Source: Octopus sinensis
Lineage: Eukaryota
Length of the DNA: 64,000 bases
Reading direction: 5' to 3'
Assembly: GCF_006345805.1 (NCBI RefSeq)
Contig: NC_043003.1
Span: forward strand, 12,958,001-13,022,000
The notes below the pieces were generated by a model, which saw only the letters and a list, made by a program, of their open reading frames with translations, was not told the origin of the DNA and did not search any database. Position 1 is the stretch's first letter, and every line of letters starts with the position of its first letter. Position numbers and translations under genes: made by a program. This document shows, one piece after another, positions 15,398 through 29,616 of this stretch.

Positions 15398-15662
15398 TAT
15401 ATATATATTCTTTTATTCTTTTATTATTTCAGTCATTTGACTGTGGCCATGCTGGAACACTACCTTTAATCAAGCAAATTGACCACAGGACTTATTCTCT
15501 GTAAGCCTAGTACTTATTCTATCAGTAACTATCAGATTGGAGCCTGGTGCAGCCTCCTGACTTGCCAGTCCCCAGTCCAACCGTCCAATCCATGCCAGCA
15601 TGGAAAATGGACGTTAAATGATGATGATGATATATATATTATGTATGTATACATATATATAC

Positions 15663-15695
<33 letters not shown>

Positions 15696-17327
15696 TATGC
15701 ATATATATACTTATATATATATATATATACACATAGATATTTACACACATACACACACACACTTATACATGCACAGATATTTACACACATACACACACTC
15801 ACACACATTCCTATAGATTCATGATACACGAAGGAGGAAGATGAGAAGATTGGAAGGAAATGAAAAATAAAACAAAACAAAAACAGATGCAATAAAAACA
15901 AAAAAAAACACAAAAAGTGAAGGACAAGACCGTTAAGAGGGTATAGTTGTTTGTAATTGAGAAGCTACTAGTTACTACAATTAGTATAATTGGCAGTAGT
16001 TTTTTTTTTTTTGCCAGTTTGTTGGACATTAATGAAGAATTTACATGACTATTGTGACTATATGATTCTGTCTGAGGACAATTTAAGACACAAAGTGAAT
16101 AGAAAATATAATTATTATTGTTTATCTTCTATTTGTTTCAGTCATTGAACTGTGGCCATCCTGGGGCACTGACCTAGAAGGGTTTGGTTAGATAAACTCA
16201 CAACAGTGCTTATTTCATTTTCTGCTTTTTGTGGTTTTTTATTTTTTGGGGTTTTTTTTAAGCCTTTTCTTTATTCTTTAGTCAGTTACTCTTTTGCCAA
16301 ACTGCTAAGTTACAGGGACATAAACAAACAAACATTGACAGTTAAGCAGTGGTGAGTGACAAACGCACACACTCACACACACACACATATACATATCTAT
16401 ATATATCTCTCTCTGTTTCTTTTCTATCATTCCCTTCTGTAGAAGAGCGTAGGCTCGAAACATAAAAGACATTTTCATTTTCCCAAGCATCAAACTAATA
16501 CACTTGCTTGTTGTTCATACACCTGTCTTTGTCTTTTGTTTTTCTATAAATTTCAGCTGACTGTCTGTCTGTATGTATTTATGTGTGTGTGGTGTGTGTG
16601 TGTATATATATATATATATATTTCTTCTTTTTTACTTTCTTTTTATATATATATATTTTTATATATATATATATATTTTTTTTTTATGTGGAGGTATGTG
16701 GCTGATTGGTTATGGTGTTGCATTCATGACCATAAGGTTGTGGTTTCAATTCCAGGATCAGGATATACATTGTGTCCTTGAGCAAAACACTTCATTTTAT
16801 GTTGCTCCAGTTCATTCAGCTGGCAAAAATGTGTAAATCTGTGACGGACCAGTGTCCTGTCCAGAATATGTACACCACAGAATCCAAGAAACTAGCTTTG
16901 CAAATCTATGGCCGAGGAAGGACTTTTATATATATATCCAAATTGATGGACTGCTTGAAGCTTACAAACTTGGAACCCTGAATCTTACCCTTATATACAT
17001 ATATTTGACAGGCTTCTTTCAGTTTTCTGTCTACCAAATCCATTCGCAAGGTTTTGACTACCCTTGCTCTGCAGTGGGATTGAACCTGAGATCACATGCA
17101 TGGAAAGCAAATTTTTTATGACACAGCCACTACATTACATTTAGAAAAAAATATAAAAAATAATTATATAAATATTCATTGGTTTAAATTTTACTTATAT
17201 TTCTATTGAAATACACTGCATTTATTGCAATTGATTTTTTTTTAAACAAGTGTCTTCTACTATAGCCTCGGGCTGACCAAAGCCTTTTGAGTGGATTTGG
17301 TAGATGGAAACTGAAAGAAGCCCGTCG

Positions 17328-17358
<31 letters not shown>

Positions 17359-17840
17359 GTATATGTTTGTGTGTCTGTGTTTGTCCCCCCAACATCGCTT
17401 GACAACCGATGCTGGTGTGTTTAGGTCCCCGTAACTTAGCAGTTCGGCAAAAGACACCGATAGAATAAGTACTAGGCTTACAATGAATAAGTCCTGGGGT
17501 CAATTTGCTCGACTAAAGGCAATGCTCTAGCATGGCTGCAGTCAAATGACTGAAACAAATAAAAAAATCTAAGAACAAAGAATTTAATAAAATAACTTTA
17601 TCATTATCAAGCAGGTGTTTGGAACTTAAATTAACAGGAAAATTTGAAGAATGGTTTTAATTTTGATCAAATTAAACCTTGTTACCAAATTTCAGTTGAA
17701 ATACAGAATCTTTGTTTCAATTAATTTTGATTAATTTTGAAAATAATACAGAATTTGTTAAAATAATTTTGCCATTACAAAGATAGTGTTTGGAACAAAA
17801 ATGAACACGAAATTTTGATGGAAGGTTTACATTTTGATTG

Positions 17841-18411
17841 CTTATTTCTTTATTGCCCACAAGGGGCTAAGCACAGAGGGGACAAACAAGGACAGACAAA
17901 GGGATTAAGTCGATTACATCGCCCCCAGTGTGTAACTGGTACTTAATTTATCGAACCCGAAAGGATGAAAGGCAAAGTCAACCTCAGCGGAATTTGAACT
18001 CAGAACGTAACGGCAGACGAAATACCTATTTCTTTACTACCCACAAGGGGCTAAACACAGAGGGGACAAACAAGGTGAGACAAAGGGATTAAGTCGATTA
18101 CATCGACCCCAGTGCATAACTGGTACTTATTTAATTGACCCTGAAAGGATGGAAGGCAAAGTCGACCTCAGCAGAATTTGAACTCAGAACTTAAAGACAG
18201 ACGAAATACCTATTTCTTTACTACCCACAAGGAGCTAAACACAGAGGGGACAAACAAGGACAGACAAGGGATTAAGTAGATTACATCGACCCCAGTGCGT
18301 AACTGGTACTTAATTTATCGACCCTGAAAGGATGAAAGGCAAAGTCGACCTCAGCGGAATTTGAACTCAGAACGTAACGGCAGACGAAATGCCTATTTCT
18401 TTACTACCCAC
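17841..18411 (-). repeat. Three tandem SINE family C bodies
   Basis: Same ~184-bp unit as 44378-45600 on the opposite strand. Confidence 0.85.
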
Positions 18412-18649
18412 AATTAAAGGGTTAAATAAGGGAAAATATTTTAAATGTCAAAATTTCAACCTTAATCATTTAATCCTATTATTAGTAACTTAAGTTTATT
18501 ACATTTAATATAGCTTTAGGTGATAGTATTCACCGTGTGAACGTAAGTAGTTACTGTAAAGTGTGTACATGGTAAGAAAGACTCGTAACTATTACTTGTT
18601 ACTATGCAAGAGGACAAACAAAAAACAAGAACAAAACAAGATGTCTCAC

Positions 18650-18731
18650 CAGATAGACCCCGAAATTTCTTGAGGATATCCTCACTGATTTCTTTAAGTA
18701 CTTCCTTAGCATTGCTGGATTTTGAGCGAAT
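18650..18731 (-). CDS. RECQL: RECQL exon 6
   Basis: IRSKSSNAKEVLKEISEDILKKFRGLS(G); ttgttcag acceptor, GTGAGA donor, 82 nt. Phase 0 to 1 fits both neighbours. Confidence 0.9.
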
Positions 18732-19146
18732 CTGAACAAAATACATAGAAGACAAGAAACTAGAACAAGCCCATGGTTACATCAACTACAGTTTTGCTTT
18801 TTTTTTTGTAAAGAAAGCAAAAAATTCTTCAAATTTTATACCATATTACACAAAAAAAAAAAAAAGAAAAAAACCTTGACATTTCTGAAAAAGTAAAGAT
18901 TTATAGATACATGTATATTGGAGCTGAATAAGAAAGGGATTTTTTTAAAAGTTTGTATCAAAAACGATACGAACAGGCGCAGGAGTGGCTGTGTGGTAAG
19001 TAGCTTGCTAACCAAGCACATGGTTGCGGGTTCAGTCCCACTGCGTGGCATCTTGGGCAAGTGTCTTCTGCTATAGCCCCGGGCCGACCAATGCCTTGTG
19101 AGTGGATTTGGTAGACGGAAACTGAAAGAAGCCTGTCGTATATATG

Positions 19147-19179
<33 letters not shown>

Positions 19180-19796
19180 TTGTGTGTCTGTGTTTGTCCC
19201 CCTAGCATTGCTTGACAACCGATGCTGGTGTGTCTACGTCCCCGCCACTTAGCGGTTCGGCAAAAGAGACCGATAGAATAAGTACTGGGCTTACAAAGAA
19301 TAAGTTCCGGGGTCGATTTGATCGACTAAAGGCGGTGCTCCAGCATGGCCACAGTCAAATAAATGACTGAAACAAGTAAAAGAGTAAAAGAGAGTAAGAG
19401 AGAACATACCTGGGATCATTTGAGTTGTTGATGAAATACTTATAAGGTTTTTACATTTTAACACTTAAAATAATGAGTTCTAACTCTGCAAAGGTGAATT
19501 TAACCTTTCATCTTTCCAAGAACACTACCATTGTACCATACTGAAGGTGTGGCAATTTAATTACATATTATAGCATAAAAGACACATGGGTATATTAGAC
19601 AGCCCCCAGCTCTGACCTCCAATTTCAACAGCATCCATGTATCTACTCTACAGTAAGACACCTATATCTGTCCCTTCTATACCTTAAATCTCTCAACTGA
19701 CACAAAGCTACACCCACTCAATACTATTCCCTAGCCCTCAGATGATGGGCTTTTGTCTTGCAAGGTACTTGGTTACCCTGTCGGTACCAGTCCCAT

Positions 19797-21223
19797 GTGA
19801 AAAGCACTGGTACTGGTACCACATAAAAAGCACTGGTGCTGTTACCACATAAAAGCACTGGTGCTGGTACCACATAAAAGCACTGGTGCTGATACAACAT
19901 AAAAGCACTGGTGCTGGTACCACATAAAAGCACTGGTGCTGGTACCACAAAAAGCACTGGTGCTGGTACCACATAAAAGCACTGGTGTTGGTACCACATA
20001 AAATGCACTGGTGCTGGTACCACATAAAAGCACTGGTGCTGATACCACAAAAAGCACTGGTGCTGGTACCACTTAAAGCACTGGTGCTGATACCACATAA
20101 AAGTACTGGTGCTGGTACCACATAAAAAGCACTGGTGCTGGTACCACATAAAAAGCACTGGTGCTGGTACCTCATAACAGCACTGGTGCTGGTACCACAT
20201 AAAAACCACTGGTGCTGGTACCACATAAAAAGCACTGGTGCTGGTACCTCATAACAGCACTGGTGCTGTTACCACATAAAAACCACTGGTGCTGGTATCA
20301 CATAACAGCACTGGTGCTGGTACCACATAAAAAGCACTGGTGCTGGTATCACATAACAGCACTGGTGCTGGTACCTCATAACAGCACTGGTGCTGGTACC
20401 ACATAAAAAGCACTGGTGCTGGTACCACATAACAGCACTGGTGCTGGCACCACATAAAAGCATTGGTGCTGGTACCACATAACAGCACTGATGCTGGTAT
20501 CACATAACAGCACTGGTGCTGTTACCACATAAAAAGCACTGATGCTGGTACCACATAACAGCACTGATGCTGGTATCACATAACAGCACTAGTGCTGGTA
20601 CCACATAACAGCACTGATGCTGGTATCACATAACAGCACTGGTGCTGTTACCACATAAAAAGCACTGATGCTGGTACCACATAACAGCACTGGTGCTGGT
20701 ATCACATAACAGCACTGGTGCTGGTACCACATAAAAAGCACTGATGCTGGTACCACATAACAGCACTGGTGCTGGTATCACATAACAGCACTGGTGCTGT
20801 TACCACATAAAAAGCACTGATGCTGGTACCACATAACAGCACTGGTGCTGGTATCACATAACAGCACTGGTGCTGTTACCACATAAAAAGCACTGATGCT
20901 GGTACCACATAACAGCACTGGTGCTGGTACCACATAAAAAGCACTGATGCTGGTACCACATAACAGCACTGATGCTGGTATCACATAACAGCACTGGTGC
21001 TGGTACCTCATAACAGCACTGGTGCTGGTACCACATAAAAAGCACTGGTGCTGGTACCACATAAAAAGCACTGGTGCTGGTACCACATAAAAAGCACTGG
21101 TGCTGGTACCACATAAAAAGCACTGGTGCTGGTACCACATAAAAAGCACTGGTGCTGGTACCACATAAAAAGCACTGGTGCTGGTACCACATAAAAAGCA
21201 TTGGTGCTGGTACCACATAAAAG
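19797..21223. repeat. Minisatellite, ~55 copies of a 24-26-bp unit GGTACCACATAAAAAGCACTGGTGCT
   Basis: Directly visible head-to-tail array with variant units (AACAG/AAAAAG, TGATG/TGGTG, GTATC/GTACC). Confidence 0.97.
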
Positions 21224-21358
21224 TCTGTCTCGCCAAATTTCATCTGACCTGTGAAAGCAAAGTGGACATTAAAAACAATGATGGAGATGAGGTTTCACAA
21301 CTAAAGGAATTATGAATTTGCTGAGAGCTGATGATGAGAAGTGTGTGTGTGTGTATGT

Positions 21359-21389
<31 letters not shown>

Positions 21390-22337
21390 CTCATGTGTGA
21401 ATATATAAATGCATGTTTGTATCACCTTGTCTTGGGATCATGTACTAATTGTAAGCAAACCTCCCTGTCATACAAGCAGTGAGTATCACAGTGCAGGTTG
21501 AAGACAGGGAGAGCATCCAGCTTTAGTAAAAACCTTGCCACAACAAGTTTAAAAACGGTGATGATGATGATGTCAATGACGATGACAGTGATGGCAATGT
21601 TTCACAATTTCAGGAATTATCATAAGATTTTCTGAAGGCTGATGGATGGAGAGAACGGTAATCATGACTGCATACACACAAGCACGCATGCCTCTGTGTG
21701 TGGGTGTGTGTGTGTGTGTGGACGGAAGCTTTTACTAAATATATACCAAAGAAGTTCATCAGATTCTTGTTCATAGTCTATATATGTTTAAAAAAAAAAG
21801 CCACCCACTAATGGACTTACAGCACAATATCATTACCCACTTTAATTTCAAGAGGCTTTAGGAAAAAGATGTGACTATCAGATTACTCAGAGGAAGTCAA
21901 GAGTTATTAATCGCAGATACTCTTGGGTTTTAAATAGACTTTCTTAAAATAGAAAGTAAAAAAATAGATTATTCATGATTTAGCAACAATAGGTGCACGT
22001 GTAGTAGTATGGTTAAGAAGCTTGCTGTGGAATCACAGGGTTTTGGGTTCAGTCCCACCGCACGGCACCCAGAGTGAATGTCTTCTATAGGCCCTGACCA
22101 ATCAATGCTGTGTCAATGAATATTGTGGAGGGGAAAATATGTGGAAGTCTATCACATATGTGTGTGTTTGTGTGTGTGTATGTATGTGTGTGTGTGTGGT
22201 GTGTGTGTGTGTGTGTGTGCTTTTGCATGGAAGCCCATCATGTGTGTATGTGTGTGTGTACATATATATATACACACTCACACCAGATATACATATATAT
22301 ATATACACATATATATATACACACACACACACACACG

Positions 22338-22399
<62 letters not shown>

Positions 22400-22472
22400 C
22401 ACTGGAGTAAACACATAAATGTGAAACAAGGTGGAAAAAAGAGTACTCAAATACCAGAGGTAGAGTAATATG

Positions 22473-22709
22473 CTTTATTTAAAAGCAGCAGAAATTTAAC
22501 AAAAGCTATTACTCGGAGTTTCACATTCCTATTCGTCGGACAGTTTTGTTAAAATAGAACCGAGATGACAATACTATCAAGACTAGTATAAACGTTACAC
22601 CTTGATAGAATTGTCATCTCAGTTCTATTTTAACAAAACTGTCTGACGAACGGGAATGTGAAACTCCGAGTAACAGCTTTTGTTAAATTTCTGCTGCTTT
22701 TAAATAAAG
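22473..22709. repeat. Long inverted repeat, 109-bp arms, 19-nt loop
   Basis: 22473-22581 is the near-exact reverse complement of 22601-22709. Confidence 0.92.
22639..22676 (+). ncRNA. Minimal type-I hammerhead ribozyme motif (canonical core)
   Basis: CTGT-CTGACGA-ACG(GGAA)TGT-GAAA-CTC(C)GAG-TA-ACAG. Stems I, II and III all pair; predicted cleavage after GUA at 22672. Confidence 0.7.
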
Positions 22710-23050
22710 TATATACATATACATATGTGTAAATATACATAAAATGTGTGTGTGTGTGTGTGTGTGTGTCTATGTGTGTCTTTGAGTTTGCCACACACAC
22801 CACCACCACCACAGGTTGATGACTGGTGTTGGTTTGTTTACATCCCCATAACTTACCAGTTCAGCAAAACGGACTGATAGAATAAATACCAGTCTTCAAA
22901 AAAAAACAAAGAAAAAAAAAAGGAAACCATATATCCCAGGGTCAATTTGTTCAGCTAAAAACCTTCAAGGCTCCAGATTGGCCACAGTCCAATGAGTGAA
23001 ACAAGCAGAAGATACAAGACAACATACCAAATTACACAGAGCATAATCAC

Positions 23051-23217
23051 CTCATAGAAAAGGTTTGGTCTGTTGAAAGAGGCACGGAATAAAATACATT
23101 CATTTAAGCATAGTATTTTTTTGACATCATTCAACACTTTGACGGTGGCTGTCGCAGTCAAACCTAGAATTGGTACTTCAGGAAACTGTCGTTTCATTAT
23201 TCCAAGAAATTTGTAGT
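23051..23217 (-). CDS. RECQL: RECQL exon 5: motif III (LTATAT)
   Basis: [25 protein letters not shown]...[13 protein letters not shown]; cag acceptor, GTGATT donor, 167 nt. Confidence 0.96.
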
Positions 23218-24587
23218 CTGAAATAAAAAAATAGATAAATAAATAGATAAATGAATAACTATATAAATAAATAAATAAATATGTATGGGGACAGCTGTGT
23301 AGTAAGAAGTTTGCTTCCCAACCACATGGTTCTGGGTTCAGTCCCGCTGCATGGCACCTTGGGCAAGTGTTTTCCCTCAGTAGCTCCAGGGCTCAAACAG
23401 AGCACTGTGAATGGATTCAGTAGATGGAAACTGAAAGAAGCTTGTTGTATTTGTTACCAATTCCTTGGGGGTGAAATTTGGTGGATAGAAACTGCACAGA
23501 AAAAGAAGGGGAGGTTTGGGAGGGAAGAACGGGGTTTGGATGAAGGGAGTGGACGAGTGGGATGGAAGGTGGAGTAGGAAGGAAGGAAGACAGTCAGTGT
23601 TTTCACACCTAACTCAGGGTTCTCAACCATTTTTTTAATCAATGGACCCCTCTTACTTCTTTCTAACTCTGCTCGACCCCCTTTTAGCCAGTTGAAGCTT
23701 TAAAAAGTCTCATATTTTTATAATTAAATATTACTAGAAATTTCATTAAATACATTGTTAAAATATTTCACATATTCTACAAGTATGACTGATTTATTCT
23801 GTCATTTTTCTTTTACTTGTTTCTGTCATTTGACTGCAGCCATGCTGGAGCACTGTCTATTAGTCGAACAAATCGACCCCAGGACTTTTCTTTGTAAGCT
23901 TTGTACTTATTCTATCAGTCTCTTTTGCCAAGCTGCTAAGTTGCAGTGAGACATAAACACATCAACATCAGTTGTCAACCACAGGCACACAAATACATAT
24001 ATATGTATATATATATCATCATCGTCGTCGTTTAACGTCCACTTTCCATGCTAGCATGGGTTGGACGATTTTACTGAGGACTGGCAAGCCAGATGGCTGC
24101 ACCAGTCTCCAATCTGATCTGGCATAGTTTCTACAACTGGATGCCCTTCCTATCACCAACCACTCCGAGAGTGTAGTGGGTGCTTTTACATACCACCGGC
24201 ACGGGGGCCAGTCAGGCGGTACAGGCAATGACCTCGCTCAAATGTTTTTACACGTGCCACCGGCAAAAGTGCCAGTAAGGCGACGCTAGTAACGATCAAG
24301 CTCGAATGGTGTCTTTTACGCGTCACCAGCATGGAAGCCAGTTAGCCGCTCTGGTAACGATCAAGCTCGAATGGTGTCTTTTATGCGTCACCAGCATGGA
24401 AGCCAGTTAGCCGCTCTGGTAACGATCACACTCGGATGGTGCTCTTAGCACCCTACTAGCACAGGGCACAAGTGCCAGTATAAAGACAGTATTGTATCTT
24501 TTAAGGGCAGAGAAAAATAAATAAGAGATGTTGTTGAGAGTAAATCCAGATGACATTTCATTCATGCAGAAAAAAAAACTTTGAGAA

Positions 24588-24642
<55 letters not shown>

Positions 24643-26532
24643 AGGGGCACATGAATTTCAGGAATTAAATCTTAAATGAATCTCCAAGGGTATGGACCCT
24701 GGTTGAGAATGGCAGCAGTGGCATTTAACATCCACTTTTTATTTTGGTATGGGTCAGATGGTTTAACAGGAGGTGGCTAGGCAGACAACTGCACCAGGCT
24801 TCAGTGTCTGTTGTACCACGTTTTTTATGACTGGATGCCATTCCTAACACCAACAACCCAGCAGAGTGAACTGAGTGCTTTTTACTTGGCACCAGCACAT
24901 GTAGAATTAGTTTTGGCGAGGTTTTTACAGTTGGATGCCCTTCCAAATGCCAACCACTTTACAGTGTGGACTGGGTGATTTTTATGTAACACCAGCACTG
25001 GCAGGGTCTCCAAGTAACTTGCAAGACAAAGATCCTTCGGAAGTGGAAGAGGTCATCTTGAGCCAGATGATGAAAGGTTAGAGTGACAGAGAGACAGAAA
25101 CAGCTGTCTTGCTGCATGCCCTAATTTATCCAGATACATCTGCTTCCTCCAGCACTCTCTGGACTCCTCCTTCAGATTGAACCTGAAACCATGTGGAAGT
25201 AAAGCAAGCTTCTTAACCACACAGCCATACCTGCACTCTATTCATTTCTTTTCCAGCAAGCCAAGTGAGACCATAACCCGTGGCCTATGCCAGGGTTGTA
25301 ACCAGCCCACTTATGCGTACCTTTCCTTCATTGGACACTAAACTCTGCTTGTGAAAACCTGTTGAGGCAAGTGAAATCAAAATCGAAATCAAATTCGATG
25401 ACTGGCATCCGTGCTAGTGGACGCTAAGAGCACCAACCAAGCATGATCGTTGCCAGAGCAGCAGACTGGCTTCCGTGCTGGTGGCATGTAAAAAGCACCA
25501 TTCGAGTAGAATCGTTACCAGTGTCGCCTTACTGGCACTTGTGCTGGTGGCACGTGAAAAAACATTCAAGCTGGACTGGCTCCTATGCAGGTGACATGTA
25601 AAAAACACCATTTGAGCATGGCCATTGCCAGTACTGCCTTACTGGCCCTCATGCCGGTGGAGTGGTTTGCATTAGGAAGGGCATCCAGCTTTGCCGGATC
25701 AGATTGGAGCCTGATGCAGCCATCTGGTTCGCCAGCCCTCAGTCAAATCGTCAAACCTATGCTAGCCTGGAAAGCAGATGTTAAATGATGATGATGATGA
25801 TGATGATTCTACCTTTTGACAGTACAAAATTAGGGTGCTGTCCTTTTATTAGTGATGCTTAATCCAAGCAGCTTTAATTCTGAGGAGGACTTAAAAATAG
25901 CTTCATCATCATCATCATCGTCGTTTAACGTCCGTTCTCCATGCTAGCATGGGTTGGACGGTTCGACCGGGGTTCTGGGAAGCCAGAAGGCTGCACCAGG
26001 CTCCAGTCTAATTTGGCAATGTTTCTACAGCTGGATGCCCTTCCTAACGCCAACCATCTAAATTAATTCAATTGGGATATTTTCAAGGACTTTTTCAAGG
26101 ACTTGACATCTATTTATGAACAACACCAAAATAGGAAAAACAGGAGGAAGAGAAAACAAAAAGAAAAAAAAAAAAAAACACATTACACCCTGTTTTGGAA
26201 ACTAGTTCTTCAATGAGTAAAGAAACATAGAACTAAATCAGGAAGCTAATTAATAATTTATTTACTCGTTAATCAGAAGTAAATATTGCTAGTAAAATTG
26301 ACCTGGATTTCTTTGGTTAGCCGCCGTGCTGGCTGCACTCTAGTGGTGGAGTTAAAAATGTCCGGTAACTAGAATATGTGGTGATTAGTAATGGTGGGAG
26401 TGAGAGAAGGTGAATAATAATATAGAAATAAGCTACATCAAAGATGAGTTCAAGACATCTGTCTTTCCCTATGTGTGTGTGTGAGTGTGTGTGTGTGTGT
26501 GTATGTATATATGAATATACACACATACATTT

Positions 26533-26571
<39 letters not shown>

Positions 26572-28084
26572 GCTGTGTGAGTATATATGTATATGTGTGT
26601 ATATATATATATACTCTTTACTCTTTACTTGTTTCAGTCATTTGACTGCGGCCATGCTGGAGCACCACCTTTAATTGAGCAACTCGACCCCGGGACTTAT
26701 TCTTTGTAAACCCAGTACTTATTCTATCGGTATATTTTTGCCAAACCGCTAAGTGACAGGGACATAAACACACCAGCATCGGTTGTCAAGCAATGCTAGG
26801 GGGACAAACACAGACACACAAACACACACACATACATATATATACATATATACGACGGGCTTCTTTCAGTTTCCGCCTGCCAAATCCACTCACAAGGCTT
26901 TGGTCGGCCCAAGGCTATAGCAGAAGACACTTGCCTAAGGTTCCACGCAGTGGGACTGAACCCGGAACCATGTGGTTGGTAAACAAGCTACTTACCACAC
27001 AGCCACTCCTGCGCCTATATATATATATGTAAATATATATATTTGCGACATCACTGGTGCCAAGCTGTATTGGCCTTTGCCTTTCCCTTAGATAACATCA
27101 GTGGCTCAAAACACTTTACCAAAATGTTATTACAGTTTGGGACTACCAAACACATCAGATTTACCTATTTCTCTGTCGATTTAAAAAAAGAAATGAACAA
27201 CCTTAATCAATGTTTGACTCTTATTGGGAATGTCTCATCAGAGCTGTATACATCACCTGACCAAACCCAGAAAAACAAGCAGTCAATCTTTTTATATACA
27301 CAACTAATCTTATAGCTCCAAAGAACTAGACACACATACACACACAATGAGCTTCTTTCATTTCCTGTGTACCAACTTCAATCACAAGGTACTGGTCAGC
27401 TTGGGGCTATAGTAGAAGATGCCATGCAGTCGGAGTGAACCTAAAACCCAGATGGTTGGGAAGTGAACTTCTTAACCATAGGTGCAGGAGTGGGTGTGTG
27501 GCAAGAAGCTTGCTTCCCAACCACACGGTTCCGGGTTCAGTCCCACTGCATGGCACCTTAGACAAGTGTTTTCTACTATAGCCTTGGGCTGACCAAAGCC
27601 ATGTGAGTGGATTTGATAGATGGAAACTGAAAGAAGCCCATTGTATATATATATATATATTTGTGTATGTGTGTGCATATATATATATATATATATAATA
27701 TTTGTGTGCGTATGTGTGTGCGTATGTATATATATATATATTTATGTGTCTGTGCTTGTCACCCCACCATTGCACTTGACAACTGATGTTGGTGTGTTTA
27801 CATCCCTGTAACTTAGGGGTTCGGCGCAAGAAACCAATAAAATAAGTACTAGGCTTACAAAGAATAAGTTCTGGGGGTCATTTTGTTTGACTAAAGGCAG
27901 TGCTCCAGCATGGCCGCAGTCAAATGACTAAAACAAGAAAAAAGAAAAGAAAAACATGACCAAGCCAGTACCTATAACAAACAAACAAGATACATAAGTC
28001 ATCACTCAAAAAATCTTGTCAATAATAACTTCCATACGCAAAAAAAGAATAACACACCTTTCAAGTAAAAGAAAGTGGACATAC

Positions 28085-28390
28085 CTGGACGAAAATCATG
28101 TCCCCACTGTGAACAGCAATGAACCTCATCAATAACCAATCTAGAAAATCTTCCCAACTGGTACATTTTTTCAAGCTTTGCCATAAACCGTTTGCTCTTG
28201 GCCAGTTTTTCTGGAGTCACATATAATATTTTTAAAGGGTCGTTTTTATCCAACATGGCGTTCATGATTCTTGTTGCTTCTGTTCTCTCTGTCGAAGAAT
28301 TTAATGTTTTTGCCTCAATCTTAAGGCTCTCTAGAGCAACGAGTTGGTCCTCGACGAGAGATATCAGCGGAGAAACGACCAATGTGATAC
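28085..28390 (-). CDS. RECQL: RECQL exon 4: motifs Ia, Ib, II (DEVH) and aromatic-rich loop
   Basis: ITLVVSPLISLVEDQ...ILYVTPEKLAKSKRFMAKLEK...LVIDEVHCCSQWGHDFRP; ccag acceptor, GTATGT donor, 306 nt. Confidence 0.97.
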
Positions 28391-28434
28391 CTGGAATTTA
28401 AATAAACAAACAAATTATCATCATCATCATAAGC

Positions 28435-28760
28435 GGAAAGTGTAACCTCTCGAAAGAGCTGTTCTTCACTCCTGCTCCAGAGCGTGGGCTGCGGGGTCAC
28501 TCCACAAAGCTCTATCTATGACGATTTCATCTCAGTCAAAGGAGAGGGGCTTTCTCCGTTCGGGTTGCGGATCCGTGGAATAAGCTGCCGGACGAGATAG
28601 TGAAGATGCTGACGACCGCTCGGTTCAAAGTCTCTCTTGACCAGAAATGGCCTGATCTCTTTGTATGACCACCCTCCCCGTACATAACTCCCTGTCCCCC
28701 TACATGGCCTTGCTTTTGCTTTTTGAGCTAATAAAAATTAAATTAAAAATAAATTAAATC
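28435..28760 (+). mobile_element. CR1-group LINE 3' fragment (second family)
   Basis: Translates LFFTPAPERGLRGHSTKLYL*RFHLSQRRGAFSVRVADPWNKLPDEIV...FKVSLD; (AATTA)-type tail. Confidence 0.75.
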
Positions 28761-29616
28761 ATCATCATCATCGTTGAATGTTCGTCTTCCATGCTAGCAG
28801 GGGTGGGACAGTACCACAAGAGCTGGCCAGGCCAAAGCCTGCACTGGACTTCTGCGACGGTTTGACAGGATTTTTACAGCTGGATGCCCTTTCTAACACC
28901 AACCACTCAGCAGAGTGGACTTAGTGCTTTTTTAAGTGGCACAAGTACAGGTGAGGTGAGTAGTGCTTTTTACGTGGCACAAACTAATATCTAGATATCT
29001 GACTGATATCTTATTTTATCAGTGTAAGTGGGATGAAAGGCAAGAACAATCTTGGTGGGATTTGAACTCAAAACATTTGATGAAAGGAATAGGGTAAACA
29101 GGTAAAGACACCTTTCGGTCATGAATGACCATGGGATTGCACCTAGGAAATTGCCCTTCAAGGCACAAGTTTGGGCAAGGTTGTTTATGGAAGACCAGCT
29201 ATCGCCCATGCATACCAGCCTCACCATGCCACTGATGCTATCCAAGGGAAAGGCAAAGGATGATACAGCCTGGCACCAGTAACATCACAACTCATTTCTG
29301 CAAGTGAGTGAACTGAAGCAATGTGAAACAAATTGTCTTGCTCAAGAGAACAACACAGCCCGGTCCGGGAATCAAACTCAGTACCTTATGATTGTGGGCC
29401 CGACACTCTAGCCACTGAACCTTGCACCTTCGTGGCATTTCTTCTAACATTCTGACAATTTCCCACCTCTCCACCCTAGTTGACTAACGATTATAAAAAC
29501 AGAAATAAAAACAATAGGTGTCTCTATTAGCAGAATGACCCTACCAAGGAAAAAACCTGTTTCAGTACATGATTTCACATCTAGATCATACAAAACTGAA
29601 AAATAAAGTATGAGTA

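Noticed and set aside
19797-21223. CRISPR-like array or repetitive protein ORFs (WYQHQC/VVPAPV)
   Set aside because: Units are head-to-tail with no unique spacers, there are no cas genes and the context is eukaryotic. The ORFs are frame-shifting translations of the minisatellite.
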